Shown here piece after piece: positions 61,163 through 64,000 of a DNA stretch of 64,000 nucleotides. This DNA is from Aureliella sp. (lineage in GTDB: Bacteria > Planctomycetota > Planctomycetia > Pirellulales > Pirellulaceae). The DNA is taken from contig OY829846.1 of assembly GCA_963691875.1 (NCBI GenBank), positions 896,001 to 960,000 on the forward strand, in the 5' to 3' direction. The translations under genes were made by a program, and so were the position numbers. Under the pieces are notes generated by a model. The model was not told where the DNA came from and made no database searches. It saw nothing but the letters and a program-made list of their open reading frames with translations. The first letter of the stretch is position 1. The number at the start of each line of letters is the position of its first letter.

Positions 61163-61969
61163 CTATTGGAGTTTGGCTAAAAGTGGCAAGCGTTCTTGCG
61201 TCGAAACGACCACTCCACCTGGCTGCTCAATCGTGATTGCAAAGGCTGACGGCTCAAGTACCTTTAACTTGGCATCTGTGGCTACGATGACTTCGCCACT
61301 CTCGGTGATATCAAATACCCCACCATCAATAGGCTCGGTATCTCGCTTCGGGTCAATGATCCAAAGTTGATACTGCTCAAGCGACGGATCGTTTACCGGC
61401 ATGTTAACGAAACGCATATAGCCTTGCTGCGTATCATTGTCCCACACCACGTCTCCAGTTACCGCATCTTCAAACGGAGTTGTACCCGGCACCCAATCCA
61501 CACGCACCAATTTCTCCGCACCGTTGATCATGGCAAGTCGCTGATCTGAAAGCGATACCGTCGAAACAGAACTTATCTGCGGACGCCACAACGAGACCGC
61601 CAGGAGGAGAGCCACAGCGCAAGCCATCCACGCGAACGCCTCTCGTACGGAAAAGCTACTGCTAGCGGTTACACGTTTTGTCCCAGCCGGTTCCACCGCA
61701 TTTCCAGATGACGAGAGGCTCGCCGTCGCGTTCCGATGAATTCGCTCTCTAAGTCCGAATGGCATTGGGTCGAGATCACGCTCGAAGCCGAGTTGGACCC
61801 TCGCTAAGGTGGTCTCTAGCTCGCGATACGATACTTCAGATTTCGGATACTGATGCCGCAGGCTCTCCAGCTCAGCCCGCTCTAGTTCGTCGAGGTCACC
61901 GAGCACTTGTCCGGCTAGCAACTCTTCCAGTCGCCTATTTTCAAGATGAGTCGTATCGGCTTTGCTCAT
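61163..61969 (-). CDS. RskA-family anti-sigma factor
   Basis: N-terminal anti-sigma helices, one TM, QYQLWII, GGVF, FAITIEQPGG. Confidence 0.88.
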   Translation of the reverse strand: MSKADTTHLENRRLEELLAGQVLGDLDELERAELESLRHQYPKSEVSYRELETTLARVQLGFERDLDPMPFGLRERIHRNATASLSSSGNAVEPAGTKRVTASSSFSVREAFAWMACAVALLLAVSLWRPQISSVSTVSLSDQRLAMINGAEKLVRVDWVPGTTPFEDAVTGDVVWDNDTQQGYMRFVNMPVNDPSLEQYQLWIIDPKRDTEPIDGGVFDITESGEVIVATDAKLKVLEPSAFAITIEQPGGVVVSTQERLPLLAKLQ

Positions 61970-62565
61970 TGCACCATTCCCCTAATCGCTCGGTCCGAAT
62001 CACCCTCGCGACGCTTCATGCAGTCACGAAGCTGGATAAGAGCTCTTCGTGCAAACGACTTCACTGTTCCCAGAGGCATGGAGAGCATCTTTGCGATCTG
62101 GCTTTGCGATACGCCTTCTTGCACAGAAAGCCTCATGACTTGCTGCTGTCGGTGGTTTAACCTCTTCATGCAGCGTACTGCTTTGGAAGCTTCGTCGGCA
62201 ACCTCGTGATTGGAAGAATCGAGTGCGTCAGGAATCTCGACCGTCTCCAGAGACAAACTCGTCGCTAATGGCGACACGCTGGATTTTCTAGTCCGGTCAA
62301 TCAGCTTCCGCCGTGCGATCATAGTGATGAAAGTCGTTTCGCTGGCTTTGGAAGGATCGAATCGCCCTGCTGACTTCCAGAGCTCAATGAAAATTTCCTG
62401 AGTTGCATCTTCGGCGTCCGCACTATTTTTCAACCAGCGACTCGCCAAAGTCCATACCAGTGGGCCGAACCTCTCTAAGCAATCCTCAACAGCCCCTGTG
62501 TCACCCTTCGCAATCCGTTGCAGAGCAGATTGCTCGCCGTCGGTGTAAGCGGTTTCGTAATCCAT
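61966..62565 (-). CDS. ECF sigma factor (SigK-like)
   Basis: DAEDATQEIF..LW.SA.RFD, IARRKLID, SQSQIA..L.MPLGTVKS. ATG 62565 has a GAGG RBS; alternative starts 62607 and 62616. Confidence 0.92.
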   Translation of the reverse strand: MDYETAYTDGEQSALQRIAKGDTGAVEDCLERFGPLVWTLASRWLKNSADAEDATQEIFIELWKSAGRFDPSKASETTFITMIARRKLIDRTRKSSVSPLATSLSLETVEIPDALDSSNHEVADEASKAVRCMKRLNHRQQQVMRLSVQEGVSQSQIAKMLSMPLGTVKSFARRALIQLRDCMKRREGDSDRAIRGMVQ

Positions 62566-62675
62566 AACCTCTTTGAGCACCTGCTGCTGGGGAACTGCGA
62601 TTGCCATAGAATCCACCTATTAAGGTCCGGTTACGGGTATGTTTGTCGGATTCAGGCCGTCTACAAAACGACGAA

Positions 62676-62723
62676 GAATCGGAGGGCCGGGCGGATGATC
62701 CAGAATCCGCCGGCTTCCGATTC
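62676..62723 (-). terminator. Long hairpin between the fasciclin and sigma genes
   Basis: gaatcggag-gccgg-gcggat...atccgc-cggc-ttccgattc; weak U tract on the minus strand. Confidence 0.5.
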
Positions 62724-62742
62724 GACTAATTGACCAGCAGCC

Positions 62743-63885
62743 CTACCGACCAAGCTGAACATACATCTGATCCATGCCGTGACGGAGCGTCCAAGCTCGT
62801 GTGGTTGAACAAGATTCGTGACCAGCACTTGTAAGGACCGTCTTAATGTGCTGCTTCATAGAATCATCCAGCTCGGTACTCATCAACTCGCTCATCGTGT
62901 TGTGGTATAGGTTGGCGCAAGCAGCGTGATGCCCTGAGTTGAACAATGAGGCACCTTCAGCGATCGCCTCGCGGATGACCTGACGAGCATTGGCACCCTT
63001 TGCCGGCGGCATCAACACACCGTCAATGATGTGGATCACCCCGTTTGATGCATCAACATCTGTCACTACCAACTTCGATGTGTTGATGTAGGCACCGTTA
63101 TCGCCAAGCATCACGTTGATACTGTTGCCTTCCAAAGTCTTTACAGACCTTGCTTTAACTGCGTCCTCCGAGTAGACACGGCCTGAAACAACGTGGTACT
63201 TTAGGATATCGACAAGCTTCTGCTTGTTCTCTGGCTTCAAAAGAGACTCAACTGTGCCCTTCGGAAGCTTCGCGAAAGCACTGTCCACCGGCGCAAAGAC
63301 AGTGAATGGCCCGTCACCCGCGAGAACTTCTGCGAGGCCTGCTGCTTTCGCTGCTGCCAGCAGAGTCTTGAATTTGCCAGCCTTATCAGCTATTTCCGGA
63401 ATACTCTTATCGGCAGGCAAAATCACGGAGTCGATCACGTGAATGACGCCGTTGTCGCAAACTATGTCGGTGGTGATTACTTTGGCGCCGTCGACCATGA
63501 CGGATGAACCTTCAACCTTGATGTCGACTCGTTGACCATTGACAGTCGTGGCGCTGTTGAGCCCCAAAACCTGCTTTGCCATGACTTTTCCAGGCACGAC
63601 ATGGTACGTAAGAACTCCCGTCAAAACGCCTTTATTTTCCGGCTTCAACAAGGTCGCCACGGTTCCCTCGGGCAATTTTGCAAAGGCCTCATCGGTTGGC
63701 GCAAAAACGGTAAAGGGTCCTGCACCTTTGAGAGTATCGACGAGATCGGCGGCGCCCAACGCGGCAGCCAGTGTCTTAAACTTCCCTGCCTTGACCGCGG
63801 TATCGACAATGTCATCAGCGATTGCTGACGCAGATAACATCGCGCATGCTACGATCGACAGAGCACTTTTCAAACTGTAACGCAT
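62743..63885 (-). CDS. Secreted tandem fasciclin (FAS1) protein with a C-terminal helical domain
   Basis: Signal peptide, two copies of [11 protein letters not shown]...YHVV.G...NGVIH.ID.V, then AIAEGA.LFN.GHH.AC..LY. Confidence 0.93.
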   Translation of the reverse strand: MRYSLKSALSIVACAMLSASAIADDIVDTAVKAGKFKTLAAALGAADLVDTLKGAGPFTVFAPTDEAFAKLPEGTVATLLKPENKGVLTGVLTYHVVPGKVMAKQVLGLNSATTVNGQRVDIKVEGSSVMVDGAKVITTDIVCDNGVIHVIDSVILPADKSIPEIADKAGKFKTLLAAAKAAGLAEVLAGDGPFTVFAPVDSAFAKLPKGTVESLLKPENKQKLVDILKYHVVSGRVYSEDAVKARSVKTLEGNSINVMLGDNGAYINTSKLVVTDVDASNGVIHIIDGVLMPPAKGANARQVIREAIAEGASLFNSGHHAACANLYHNTMSELMSTELDDSMKQHIKTVLTSAGHESCSTTRAWTLRHGMDQMYVQLGR

Positions 63886-63960
63886 CTCTTCATTCCTATA
63901 TTCGTGGCTCGGTTCTGAAGGCGACTAGCGGAAAACTCGCCTGAATCTGCATGGATACTC

Positions 63961-63977
63961 GCATCAACCGTTGATGC
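63961..63977. promoter_or_regulatory. Perfect 8-1-8 palindrome upstream of the fasciclin gene
   Basis: gcatcaac-c-gttgatgc, 75 nt upstream of the ATG. Confidence 0.45.
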
Positions 63978-64000
63978 TTAGGCTTGCTAAACGCCCGTGG

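Overview
64 kb of a planctomycete chromosome, probably Pirellulaceae/Rhodopirellula-like, judged from DUF1559 prepilin, PVC-type heme CxxCH, DUF1552/DUF1592 and multiple sulfatase genes. All family calls are by motif recognition; no searches were run. Intact genes: a MoxR-DUF58-BatA-vWA operon, four Cys-type sulfatases, a BNR/VPS10 propeller, DUF1559 plus lipoprotein, CinA, a secreted two-domain cyanophycinase, an S1 protein, TVP38 plus MerA-like oxidoreductase, tdk, efp/epmB, fba, ppk2, pabA/pabB, two PNPs, an aldo/keto reductase, a UDP-glucuronate decarboxylase and a fasciclin-ECF sigma-RskA cassette. A decayed island (~35.1-43.7 kb) abuts tRNA-Arg(ACG). It holds an integrase pseudogene, an IS256 end, a 5x17-bp repeat, a nonsense-disrupted PEP-CTERM gene, a DUF1552 ruin, a DUF1592/DUF1080 deletion chimera and two intact propeller hydrolase-like genes. 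More pseudogenes missed or split by the ORF track lie outside it (alginate-export barrel, HAD hydrolase, GNAT-methyltransferase fusion). The best candidate for something undescribed is a structured RNA upstream of tdk (~34191-34351): two stem-loops show the same UUGCCCC motif, and an anti-terminator competes with a strong terminator.
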